Positions 53,569 through 61,619 of a stretch of 64,000 nt of DNA are shown piece by piece. Position numbers and translations under genes: made by a program. The DNA comes from Gemmatimonadota bacterium. GTDB taxonomy: Bacteria; Gemmatimonadota; Gemmatimonadetes; Longimicrobiales; Gaopeijiaceae. The notes under the pieces were generated by a model. It was not told where the DNA came from and made no database searches. It worked only from the letters and a program-made list of their open reading frames with translations. Each line of letters opens with the position of its first letter. The first letter of the stretch is position 1. The stretch is from NCBI GenBank assembly GCA_028873845.1, contig JAPPNO010000117.1, positions 794-64,793 on the forward strand, given 5' to 3'.

Positions 53569-53789
53569 GATTCAAGTCTCCTGAAATGGCAGTGTGGCAA
53601 AGGGTTTTCGGAGGGCGCAGCGTGCCCGCCTGCTACAATATACGCGGCGTGATTTCGGCCTCTCAGGACGGCTCAGGACGCGAAAACCGGGGGTGGAGCC
53701 AACACAAATGGGTCAAGAGGGGCCCGGACTCGATCCTGGGGCTTCCGAGGGGCACTGGGGGGCATCCTGGAGGGTGGTCCCGGACCTCG

Positions 53790-53989
53790 CGAAAGCGCGA
53801 TTCCGAAACCGTACATAGTCGGATCGGCCTGTGATCGGACGATTTGGGACGCTCATGCCCGGATGGGACTGCGAACCAGCGATTTGGTAACCCATGCTGG
53901 AATGGGCGCGGGGATCCGCGAATCGGGAAGCTCATGCGCGGACAGGCCCGGGGATCCGCGAATCGGGACAGTCATGCCCGGACAGGGAC
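53790..53989 (+). repeat. tandem array of ~40-bp degenerate repeats (4 clear units + 1 decayed)
   Basis: Units start at 53830, 53870, 53910 and 53950. The last two read ggggatccgcgaatcggga(agc/cag)tcatgc(g/c)cggacagg. Each unit is a shortened relative of the 47-nt repeat in orientation B and carries (g)ggac...catgc...gggac half-sites. Confidence 0.75.
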
Positions 53990-54005
53990 TCGAAACCGAC
54001 GCCCG

Positions 54006-54052
54006 CCCGCCGCCGCGGCAAATCCAGGGACAGCCGCATGCTCGATTGGGAC
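54006..54052 (-). repeat. 47-nt dispersed repeat, orientation B (right end of the HNH segment)
   Basis: Its reverse complement, gtcccaatcgagcatgcggctgtccctggatttgccgcggcggcggg, aligns without gaps to the copies at 5256 and 52467. Confidence 0.8.
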
Positions 54053-54235
54053 GCCTCGGCTCGATTGACTCCGCTCCCGGCCTGTCGTCATGTCAGTCGA
54101 GCACCCGCTCCATCCCCGCCGCGAAGTCGGCATCGGGCCGCGGCGGGATCACCCTGCCGACGCGCTGCCACGGCTTGATCGCGCTTTTTCAGTACCCGCC
54201 GCACCGTCTTCCGACATATCACGTGTGACATGACA

Positions 54236-55807
54236 CTAATCGAATGCCAGCTCCGCGAACCCCCCCGGCGGCCGCCGGTGCCGCGTCCCCTGCTCATACG
54301 CGTACGCATACCGAAAGAGCAGCCCCTCCGCGTAGGGCCGCGCGAGGATCTGCAGCCCGGCCGGGTGCACGCCATCGGTGAACCCCATCGGCACCGTTAT
54401 CGCCGGCATCCCCGTGGCGGGCGCCACACGCTGGGAGTTGTCGCCGCCGTACTCCTCGCGGGCACGGTCGATGTGGGCGGGCGGACTCAGCCAGGTAGGG
54501 TAGACGAGCGCGTCGACTTCCGCCGCGTCCATCGCGGCCACCAAATCACCCAGGTACCCCTGCCGCCCCTCGTTCCGGAGATAGTCCGGACACGGCGGAT
54601 CCCATTCGGACGGGTGCACGTCGAGCGGTGAGTCCGCGAACGAACGCAGCGACTGCTCCACATGGTCCGAATGCTCACCCGTCTCCAGCACGGCCAGCAC
54701 ATCGTTGAAGGGCGCCCTGTCCCCCAGCGAATTCAGGTACACATGCATGTCATACCGAAATCGCGAACAGTACATGTTCTCCCGCTGAAGCTGCGCACCC
54801 ACGTCGAAGTCGAATGGATCGACGATCTCCGCGCCCAGGCCCTCCAGGTCCCGCAGCGCCTCCTCGAACACCGCGACCACTCCCGAGTCGGCGTCCTCCG
54901 AATCCACAAGCGCGCGCAACACCCCGATGCGTGCCCCCTGCAAGCCGTCCGCATCGAGGAAGCTCGTGTAGTCATCCTCCTTGCGCTCCCGACCGGCCTC
55001 GGTGTACGGATCTGCCGGATCGTAGCCCGCCACCACATCGAAGACCCTCGCCACGTCCTCCACCGTCCGCCCCATCGGCCCCGCGATGTCACGGTCGAAG
55101 AAGAGCGGGATCACGCCGTCCCGGCTCGTGAGTCCGATCGTGGAGCGGATCCCGACCAGCGCCAGGCGCGACGACGGTCCCCGGATCGAGTTCCCGGTGT
55201 CACTCCCGAGCCCGATCACCCCGAAGCTCGCCGCGACGCCCGACGCCGTGCCCCCGCTCGATCCCGCGGGCACCCGATCCAGCGCGTAGGCGTTTCGCGT
55301 CGTGTCGAAGGACGAGCTCACCGACTGGCGGGGGCTGAAGGCCCATTCGGCCATGTTGGTCTTGGCCACCACGACCGCCCCCGCTTCGCGAATGCGCCGC
55401 ACCATGAATGCGTCGTCCGGGGGGATGCTGGCGGCGAGTGCGATGGAGCCGCCGGTCGTGACCATGTCGTGGGTGTCGAAGTTGTCCTTGACGAGCATGG
55501 GGACGCAGAAGAGGGGGCCGGGTTCGTCGCCGGCGGCCAGTGCGGCGTCGAGCTCGTCGGCGCGGTCGAGGGCGGCCGGGTTGACCACCGTGATCGCGTT
55601 GATGCGGTCCTCGTAGGCCGCGATGCGGTCCAGGTGGGCCTGCACGACCATGCGGCAGGTGGTCGCGCCCGAGAAGATGGCCTCATGGACATCGGCGATC
55701 GTGGCTTCGACGACGGGGATGGGGGCGGGGGCGGGGGCGCAGGCGGTGGCCAGGGTGGACAGGAGGGCCGCGCCGGTGAGGCGGAGGTGTGGACAGGGAG
55801 TCATCAT
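54236..55807 (-). CDS. amidase-signature (AS) family amidase, lipoprotein
   Basis: Lipobox LATAC and the AS signature PAGSSGGTASGVAASFGVIGLGSDTGNSIRGP. The track ORF 54236-56476 is trimmed to the ATG at 55807. Confidence 0.88.
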   Translation of the reverse strand: MMTPCPHLRLTGAALLSTLATACAPAPAPIPVVEATIADVHEAIFSGATTCRMVVQAHLDRIAAYEDRINAITVVNPAALDRADELDAALAAGDEPGPLFCVPMLVKDNFDTHDMVTTGGSIALAASIPPDDAFMVRRIREAGAVVVAKTNMAEWAFSPRQSVSSSFDTTRNAYALDRVPAGSSGGTASGVAASFGVIGLGSDTGNSIRGPSSRLALVGIRSTIGLTSRDGVIPLFFDRDIAGPMGRTVEDVARVFDVVAGYDPADPYTEAGRERKEDDYTSFLDADGLQGARIGVLRALVDSEDADSGVVAVFEEALRDLEGLGAEIVDPFDFDVGAQLQRENMYCSRFRYDMHVYLNSLGDRAPFNDVLAVLETGEHSDHVEQSLRSFADSPLDVHPSEWDPPCPDYLRNEGRQGYLGDLVAAMDAAEVDALVYPTWLSPPAHIDRAREEYGGDNSQRVAPATGMPAITVPMGFTDGVHPAGLQILARPYAEGLLFRYAYAYEQGTRHRRPPGGFAELAFD

Positions 55808-55880
55808 GGGATCGGCGGTTCGGTGGAACGTCCGCGACGTGCGGATGGGTGGGATCAATGTACGCGCCCGCGAAAGAATC

Positions 55881-56723
55881 TCACGGGGCGTCCCGCCGCA
55901 GCGGCACCGTCTGCGGTGCCCCCGCGTCGCTCCCGGGACCGGGATGCGGCACCAGCCTGAGCGACCACTCGTACACGTCCTCCAGCGTCTCGCGCGACAG
56001 GACGTCGCGCGGGGCGCCCCCGGCACGCTCCCGGCCCCGGTCGAGCAGAAGCAGCCGGTCCGCGAACCGCGCGGCGAGGTTGAGATCGTGGGTGACCACA
56101 AGCAGCGCGAGCCCGTCGGCCCGCAGTTCCTGGAGCAGGTGAAACAGCTCCATGCGGTAGCGCAAGTCCAACCCCGCCGTCGGCTCGTCGAGGAGGAGGA
56201 CCGGCGCCTCCTGCGCCAGCGCGCGGGCGATGCGGGCACGCTGGCGCTCGCCCCCCGAAAGCTCATCCAGCTGGCGCGCGGCAAGGGCGGCGACCGCGCA
56301 GCGCTCCAGCGCCTCGTCCACGACGGCCCGGTCCCGGCTGCCGACGCTCTCCCACGAGCCGAGGTGCGCGTACCGCCCCATCCCGACCATCTCCCGCACG
56401 GTGACGGGAAAGGGGGAGGACTCGGACTGCGGCACCACCGCGAGCGCCCGCGCCCGCTCCCGGTCCCCCAGTTCACCCAGCACCCGGTCGTCCAGCCGAA
56501 TCTCGCCCTCGCGGGGCACCAGCGACCCCGACAGCAGCCGGAGCAGCGTCGTCTTCCCCGCCCCGTTCGGCCCCACCACAGCCAGCAGACTCCCCGGAGT
56601 CACCGACACCGACACCTCGCGCACCGCCGCCTCCTCCGCCCGTGGGTGCGCAAAGGTAAGATCCCGTCCCCGCAACACCGGACGCCAGCCGTCAGCGGAA
56701 ACACCCACCCCCAACCCCCTCAC
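55881..56723 (-). CDS. ABC transporter ATPase (FepC/BtuD-type)
   Basis: GPNGAGKTT (Walker A), LSGGERQR (signature) and LLLDEPTAGLD (Walker B). The GTG at 56723 overlaps the permease stop (GTGA). Confidence 0.88.
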   Translation of the reverse strand: MRGLGVGVSADGWRPVLRGRDLTFAHPRAEEAAVREVSVSVTPGSLLAVVGPNGAGKTTLLRLLSGSLVPREGEIRLDDRVLGELGDRERARALAVVPQSESSPFPVTVREMVGMGRYAHLGSWESVGSRDRAVVDEALERCAVAALAARQLDELSGGERQRARIARALAQEAPVLLLDEPTAGLDLRYRMELFHLLQELRADGLALLVVTHDLNLAARFADRLLLLDRGRERAGGAPRDVLSRETLEDVYEWSLRLVPHPGPGSDAGAPQTVPLRRDAP

Positions 56724-57733
56724 CGCCGCCCCCCGCGCATCAGCAACACCACGAAGAACGGCACCCCGACCACCGCCGTCACCACCCCCGTCGGCAGCTC
56801 CGCCGGCGCCACCACCACACGCGCCACCGTGTCCGCCAACAGCAGAAACGCGCTCCCGGCCAGGAACGACGCGGGCAGCAGCAGCCGATGGTCGTTCCCC
56901 CACGCCAGCCGCACCGCGTGAGGCACGATCAGCCCCACGAAGCCGATCACCCCCACCGCCGCCACCGACGCGGCCACCATGAGCGACGCGGCCAGGTACG
57001 CCGTCAGCTTCACCCGCTGCACCGACGCACCCAGGTAGTACGCCACCTCCTCGCCGCGCGAGAGCAGGTCGAAGGCGCGTGCCAGCGACAGCACCACCAC
57101 CGAGGCCGGTACGAGGAACACGGCCAGCACCGCGGCCGCCTCCCAGTCCGCAGCCGACAGGTTCCCCATCATCCAGAAGATCGCCGAGCGGAACGACTGC
57201 AGGTCGGCGAGCGAGAGCACCAGCAGGATGATCGCGTTGAAGAAGGCGCCCGCGATCACCCCCGACAGAATCAGCACGCGCGTGTCCATGCCCCCGGGCG
57301 ACGCCCTGCTCGCGATCGCCAGAACCAGCGCCATCGCGCCCACCGCCCCCAGGAAGGCGCCGAGCGACAGAGTCCACGGAACCGTCACCGCAAGGCCGCT
57401 CACGAAAACGCACACCGCACCGACCGCGGCACCCCCGGAGATGCCCAGCACATACGGTTCCGCCAGCGGATTGCGCAGAAGCGCCTGGAAGGTGCAGCCG
57501 CTGAGCCCGAGCGCCCCACCCACGAGCGCGGCCAGGACCGCGCGCGGCAATCGCAACCGCAGCAGGATGGTCTCCGTCGCGGGATCGGCGGCCCCCGTAA
57601 GCGTGCGCCAGAGATCGAGCGGCCCAAGGCCCGACGCTCCGAGTGAGAGGCTGATGGCGCCCGCGATCAGGACCGCCAGGCCAAGAACCGCGACCCGGCT
57701 GGAGGCGCGCCACGCTGAGGCCTGTACGGACAC
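56720..57733 (-). CDS. FecCD/BtuC-family ABC permease
   Basis: 337 aa. It has about 9-10 helices and the blocks LRLPRAVLAALVGGALGLSG and GVIGFVGLIVPH. The GTG start is 7-8 nt after GGAGG. Confidence 0.88.
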   Translation of the reverse strand: MSVQASAWRASSRVAVLGLAVLIAGAISLSLGASGLGPLDLWRTLTGAADPATETILLRLRLPRAVLAALVGGALGLSGCTFQALLRNPLAEPYVLGISGGAAVGAVCVFVSGLAVTVPWTLSLGAFLGAVGAMALVLAIASRASPGGMDTRVLILSGVIAGAFFNAIILLVLSLADLQSFRSAIFWMMGNLSAADWEAAAVLAVFLVPASVVVLSLARAFDLLSRGEEVAYYLGASVQRVKLTAYLAASLMVAASVAAVGVIGFVGLIVPHAVRLAWGNDHRLLLPASFLAGSAFLLLADTVARVVVAPAELPTGVVTAVVGVPFFVVLLMRGGRR

Positions 57734-57740
57734 CGGCTTC

Positions 57741-57960
57741 CCTCCCTCGAAGGATGGTGCGGAAGGACGAGGGAGCCGCGTCTCCTGGCTCGAGGCGTCA
57801 TCGCCCGCCTTCCCGGGGCCGAGTCCCCAGTGGCGATCGAGCGAGTCCTGCGGAACCCCGGGGAGTCCGTGGACTCCAGGCGGGTTCCGTGCCTCCTACA
57901 GTGGCAGGGCCGCGTCGGCTTCCGACCGACTTCCGGTGACCCCCTCGCGAATGCGGGCGA
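57741..57960 (-). promoter_or_regulatory. cobalamin (B12) riboswitch
   Basis: The minus-strand read is GAGGGGGTCACCGGAAGTCGGTCGGAAGCCGACGCGGCCCTGCCACTGTAGG ... CGCCACTGGGGACTCGGCCCCGGGAAGGCGGG ... AGCCAGGAGACGCGGC. The last block is the B12 box, at plus-strand coordinates 57775-57790. CTCCCTCG follows directly and can pair with CGAGGGAG (57742-57749), which contains the permease Shine-Dalgarno. Confidence 0.75.
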
Positions 57961-58019
57961 CGTTAGCGGCAGGGCGAAAGCGGGTCAAGTCACGCAATCC
58001 GTCACGGCTCCGGAGCGCG

Positions 58020-59726
58020 CTACCGCCGTATCCCCGCCTCTCCGCCCATGAGCACATTCTCCGGCGGCTCCGGCCAGAAGCCCACGTTGTGCTGCGTATC
58101 GTCTCCGCTGCGGAATACCGTCACATGGCACAGGGTGGTCTCGTACCCGTTCTCGGCGACATCCAGCCAGCCGCTGTTGGTCCACGGGTGTACCCTGACG
58201 GGCCGATCCTCGTCATCCCCGGCTGTCACGTCCAGAACGGCCAGCGAAGACGCTTCGAAGTCGCTGCAAATGAACCGCTCGCGGCCGTCGCGCGAGCGCC
58301 ACCAATAGAGATCCTCGCCGAAGAACGAGGTATTCGGCTCCCACATGGTCGAGGGACGGCCGCCGATCATGGCCGGTACCCGCTGCTCGCCCACGAAGGA
58401 GGTCGAGTCGGTCGCCAGGTCCGTCACCCAGAGTCCCCACCACTTCCCCTCGGCGTCCACGCCACCAGGCCCGGGGCCCAGTTCGAAGCGGTACCTGCGC
58501 CCTTCCACCCACTCGTAGAGCAGCATGATCTGGTGGCATCCGCACTCGTCGTTGTTCGGTTCGATCAGGCCGTCCGACCGGGCCGCATTGGAACCCCACA
58601 CCGAGAAGTTCACGGCCTTCCCCCACCGGCTTCCACCAAGGTGCCCGTCGGTGACGAATCCCGCGTACCCGTATCCAACGGCCGGAGTGCGGTTCATGAG
58701 GCCGAAATTGTAGGCGTAATAGTGGAGCAGGCCCTTGTCGCTCAGGCTCTGCGGCGGGTCGGCGGCGGGAAGGAAGGTCCATGCCAGGGTCTCGTAGGCG
58801 GTGCCCGGGAATTCGTAGTCGGTGTAGGTGTTGCCGGGGCCCCACTTCCCCCTCTCCGGGTTGACCGAGAAGTTGGCCGCTATGCTGTGGGCTCCGGCCA
58901 ATTGCATGGGGTAGACCGAATCGGCCGAGAGCGCCGCATCGCCCTCTGTCCAGCCTTCGAAGTCGTAGCCGGGGTTGCCGACCGCGCGAAGCGTCGTCGT
59001 GAATACCTGCCGAGGCGGAAGTTCCCAGGAACCCGCGCCGTGGCCTGCACCTCCGTTGGCCGGGAGCGACCGCATTTCCACCGAGCGGACGGGCGGCGGC
59101 ACCACCACCGCGATCTCCGAGGCGGACCCGGTTCCGTCCGCGGCCGCCAGTATCGACGCCGTACCCACCGCGATGCCATCGACGCGGCCCGACTCATCGA
59201 CCGTGGCGACGGCGCCGTCGTCCGACGTCCACGCCAGATCCGCGCCGGAGATGGCATGCCCGTTCGCATCCTCGGCGGTGGCGGACGCCTGCACCGAGCC
59301 GCCGGAAACCAGCGTGAAGGCCTCCGGCAGAACGGATATCGAGGCCACTCGCTGGATCACGGTCACTGCAGCGGTGCCGCTCGCCGCTCCGGCGGTCGCC
59401 CGGATGGTCGCGGTCCCGACGGCCTCGGATGTCACCACGCCGACCGGGTTCACCCCGGCTACCGCATCGGCCGAGCTGGACCAGGTCACCGCCACCGACA
59501 TCACGTTTCCGAACTGGTCGCGCACCTCGGCCGTGAACCGTTCCGTCTCTCCCAGGGACACGAACTCGAACGATGCGGGGCGTACCGTCAACGTGGTGGG
59601 AACGGGGACGGGTGGAGGCGGTTCGACCGGCTCCTCACCGCACGAGAGGACGGCCGCAATGGCCAGTATCGGGCCGGCGGGGTGAAGTCGCGCGCGGGAA
59701 CTGCGCTGATGTTCATGGGTGGTCAT
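58020..59726 (-). CDS. Big_2 Ig-like lipoprotein with an uncharacterised C-terminal domain
   Basis: Lipobox AAVLSC and two Big_2 modules (LTVRPASFEFVSLGETERF, ISVLPEAFTLVSGGSVQ). A GYDFEGW repeat module is followed by a ~300-aa Trp-rich domain. The start is trimmed to the ATG at 59726. Confidence 0.8.
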   Translation of the reverse strand: MTTHEHQRSSRARLHPAGPILAIAAVLSCGEEPVEPPPPVPVPTTLTVRPASFEFVSLGETERFTAEVRDQFGNVMSVAVTWSSSADAVAGVNPVGVVTSEAVGTATIRATAGAASGTAAVTVIQRVASISVLPEAFTLVSGGSVQASATAEDANGHAISGADLAWTSDDGAVATVDESGRVDGIAVGTASILAAADGTGSASEIAVVVPPPVRSVEMRSLPANGGAGHGAGSWELPPRQVFTTTLRAVGNPGYDFEGWTEGDAALSADSVYPMQLAGAHSIAANFSVNPERGKWGPGNTYTDYEFPGTAYETLAWTFLPAADPPQSLSDKGLLHYYAYNFGLMNRTPAVGYGYAGFVTDGHLGGSRWGKAVNFSVWGSNAARSDGLIEPNNDECGCHQIMLLYEWVEGRRYRFELGPGPGGVDAEGKWWGLWVTDLATDSTSFVGEQRVPAMIGGRPSTMWEPNTSFFGEDLYWWRSRDGRERFICSDFEASSLAVLDVTAGDDEDRPVRVHPWTNSGWLDVAENGYETTLCHVTVFRSGDDTQHNVGFWPEPPENVLMGGEAGIRR

Positions 59727-59894
59727 GCCGCCACAATGGGAAGGCTTCGGCCGTGTGGCAAGGGCCCTGTTGCCCCCCCGGCGGACACGCGCGCGCTGTG
59801 GGCCGTACAGGTATCGACTCGGACGCATGGTAGCGCCTCGCAACCCATCCGCTAAGTCTGTCAGAGGACATCCCCCAACAGGACCGCCCGACCC

Positions 59895-60482
59895 TTGTCC
59901 CAACACGACGATACTCCCGCCCCATCCGAAGCCGACCCCCTCACACCGCTCATGGACGCGATACGCGGGGGCTCACAGTCGGCGCTGGCGGAACTGATCG
60001 ACCGGTGCTGGCCGGAACTCGTGCGCTACGCGGCCCGCCAGGTCGGCGAGGTCGACCTCGCCCGCGACATCGTGCAGGAGACCTTCATACAGATCTGGGA
60101 GCGCCGCCGCGCCTGGAAGCCGCGGGGATCGGCGCGAGCCTACCTGTACCGCATCGTACGCAACCTGGTCATCGACGAGAAGCGCAGGCAGAAGGTGCGG
60201 CGCCGTTGGCTGGCGGGATGGGATTCGCGCCCGGTCAAACACGTCGCGACACCCGACCAGGTGCTCGACGCGAAGTTGCTGGCCGAGGTCTTCGAGGCGG
60301 CCGTCGCCGCGCTGCCCGCCCGTCGCCGCGAAGTGTTCGAGCTCGTCTTCATGCGGGGTCTCTCGCACGCCGAAGCGGCGGGGGCCATGGGCCTGTCGAC
60401 CCAGACGGTCGCGAACCAGATGAGTGCCGCGCTGCGCACCGTGCGGACCGCGGTCGCCGACGCCGGGGCGCTGGAGGGATGA
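59895..60482 (+). CDS. ECF-type sigma-70 family RNA polymerase sigma factor
   Basis: TTG start. Region 2 reads DIVQETFIQIWERR and region 4 reads LSHAEAAGAMGLSTQTVANQMSAALRTV. Confidence 0.88.
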   Translation: MSQHDDTPAPSEADPLTPLMDAIRGGSQSALAELIDRCWPELVRYAARQVGEVDLARDIVQETFIQIWERRRAWKPRGSARAYLYRIVRNLVIDEKRRQKVRRRWLAGWDSRPVKHVATPDQVLDAKLLAEVFEAAVAALPARRREVFELVFMRGLSHAEAAGAMGLSTQTVANQMSAALRTVRTAVADAGALEG

Positions 60483-60602
60483 ACGCCGGGCGGAGGCAGC
60501 GTCCACGCGCGCCTGGACGCGGACGATATGGTAGTCCCGGCAATGCTCATGCGCTTTCCGGACAGAACAATCAGGGACTTTCACCGGACAGGGGTTGCCA
60601 CG

Positions 60603-61619
60603 ATGGATGAATTGCTGCTCCGTCATCTGCGCAACCGGACGACGGAAGACGAGAACCGCTCGGTCGAAGCGTGGCGCCGCCGCGCCGAGGACGCCGAGGA
60701 TGTCCTGGCCGACCTTCACCGGCTGATCCGGGCGGGGGACTCGGCCGACCGGGCGATCGACGCGGGCGACCCGCCTCCCGCGGCGCAACTGATATGGCGC
60801 GCGGAGGCCCGCAGGGCCCAGCTGGCGACACGCCGGAAGGCCGCGCGCCCGCGACTCCGCCATCCGGCGAGCTGGATCACCGCGGCAGCGGCCGCGACCG
60901 TCGCCTTCACCCTCTGGAACACCTCCCGTCCCACCGACGCCGCCCGGGACGCCGCGGCCGCCCGGGAATTCCGCACGGCGGCCGGCGAGACCGCCGTGGT
61001 CCCGCTCGACGACGGCAGTGTCATCCGGCTGGGTCCCGAGAGTCGCCTGACGGCCCTCCCGGGTCGGTCACCGGAGCTGTCCACGCGGCGGGTCACCCTC
61101 GAGGGCGAGGCGTTCTTCTCCATCGCAACCGACGAGGTCCGCCCCTTCGTCGTCACGACCGCGGCCGGGACCGCGCGGGTGCTCGGGACGCGCTTCCACC
61201 TCTCCGCACAGCCGGGAGAGCTGGCGCTCGTCGTGGTGGAGGGGCGGGTGGCGCTGGCCAGCGAGGACCACGGCCAGGGCGTCCAGGTCGGCGCCGGACA
61301 GGCAACCCGGCTGGTGCGCGGGAGCGCCGAACCGGGTGTGGACGCACTCGCGATCGAAGAGGAGGCGGACTGGCTCGGCGACTTCCTCGTCTTCCAGGAC
61401 ACCCCGCTGGCGGTGGCGATGCGTGAGGTCGGGCGGCGCTACGGCCGGGAGGTCGAGATTGCCGATTCCGTCCTGATGGAAAGGACTCTGACGATGTGGT
61501 TCGACGGGAAGTCCCTCGAAGACGTCATGACCGTGGTCTGCAGTGTGATCGACGCGACCTGCAGCATCGGCGTGAGTACGGTTCGGATCGAGGCCCGCGA
61601 CAGGGGAGAGGTATCGTGA
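60603..61619 (+). CDS. FecR-family anti-sigma/transmembrane sensor
   Basis: A single TM helix (ASWITAAAAATVAFTLW) and a FecR domain (VVPLDDGSVIRLGPESRL...EGEAFFSI...VVTTAAGTARVLGTRFHL). The start is trimmed to MDELLLRHL. Confidence 0.85.
   Translation: MDELLLRHLRNRTTEDENRSVEAWRRRAEDAEDVLADLHRLIRAGDSADRAIDAGDPPPAAQLIWRAEARRAQLATRRKAARPRLRHPASWITAAAAATVAFTLWNTSRPTDAARDAAAAREFRTAAGETAVVPLDDGSVIRLGPESRLTALPGRSPELSTRRVTLEGEAFFSIATDEVRPFVVTTAAGTARVLGTRFHLSAQPGELALVVVEGRVALASEDHGQGVQVGAGQATRLVRGSAEPGVDALAIEEEADWLGDFLVFQDTPLAVAMREVGRRYGREVEIADSVLMERTLTMWFDGKSLEDVMTVVCSVIDATCSIGVSTVRIEARDRGEVS

Larger units (their letters stand above)
52467..54052 (-). mobile_element. candidate ~1.6-kb mobile/selfish unit: DUF222-HNH gene bracketed by inverted 47-nt repeats, with a tandem array at one end
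   Basis: Copies at 52467-52513 and 54006-54052 are in opposite orientation and flank the single HNH ORF. A third, solo copy is at 5256-5302. No transposase or integrase is present. Confidence 0.4.

Noticed and set aside
53600-53790. Possible tRNA or small RNA upstream of the HNH gene (ggactcgatcc resembles a T-loop)
   Set aside because: The flanking bases do not form a T-stem, and no acceptor or anticodon arms could be drawn. No tRNA-like cloverleaf was found anywhere in the window by eye.
53790-54052. Possible CRISPR array
   Set aside because: The 40-bp units abut each other with no unique spacers and are degenerate rather than identical. No cas genes are present in the window.
54088-54375. 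95-aa minus-strand ORF with an HTH-like stretch (MSHVICRKTVRRVLKKRDQ) at the right edge of the repeat region
   Set aside because: Its 5' half overlaps the amidase 3' end. The remainder is Arg/Gly-rich and too short to distinguish a transposase-HTH relic from chance. It is worth a tBLASTn but is not supportable as a feature.
57801-57960. Assigning the 8-bp complementarity tcgcccgc/gcgggcga as riboswitch helix P1
   Set aside because: The 3' partner lies upstream of the B12 box rather than after it, which does not fit my recollection of the consensus architecture. The boundaries are left approximate pending a covariance-model alignment.
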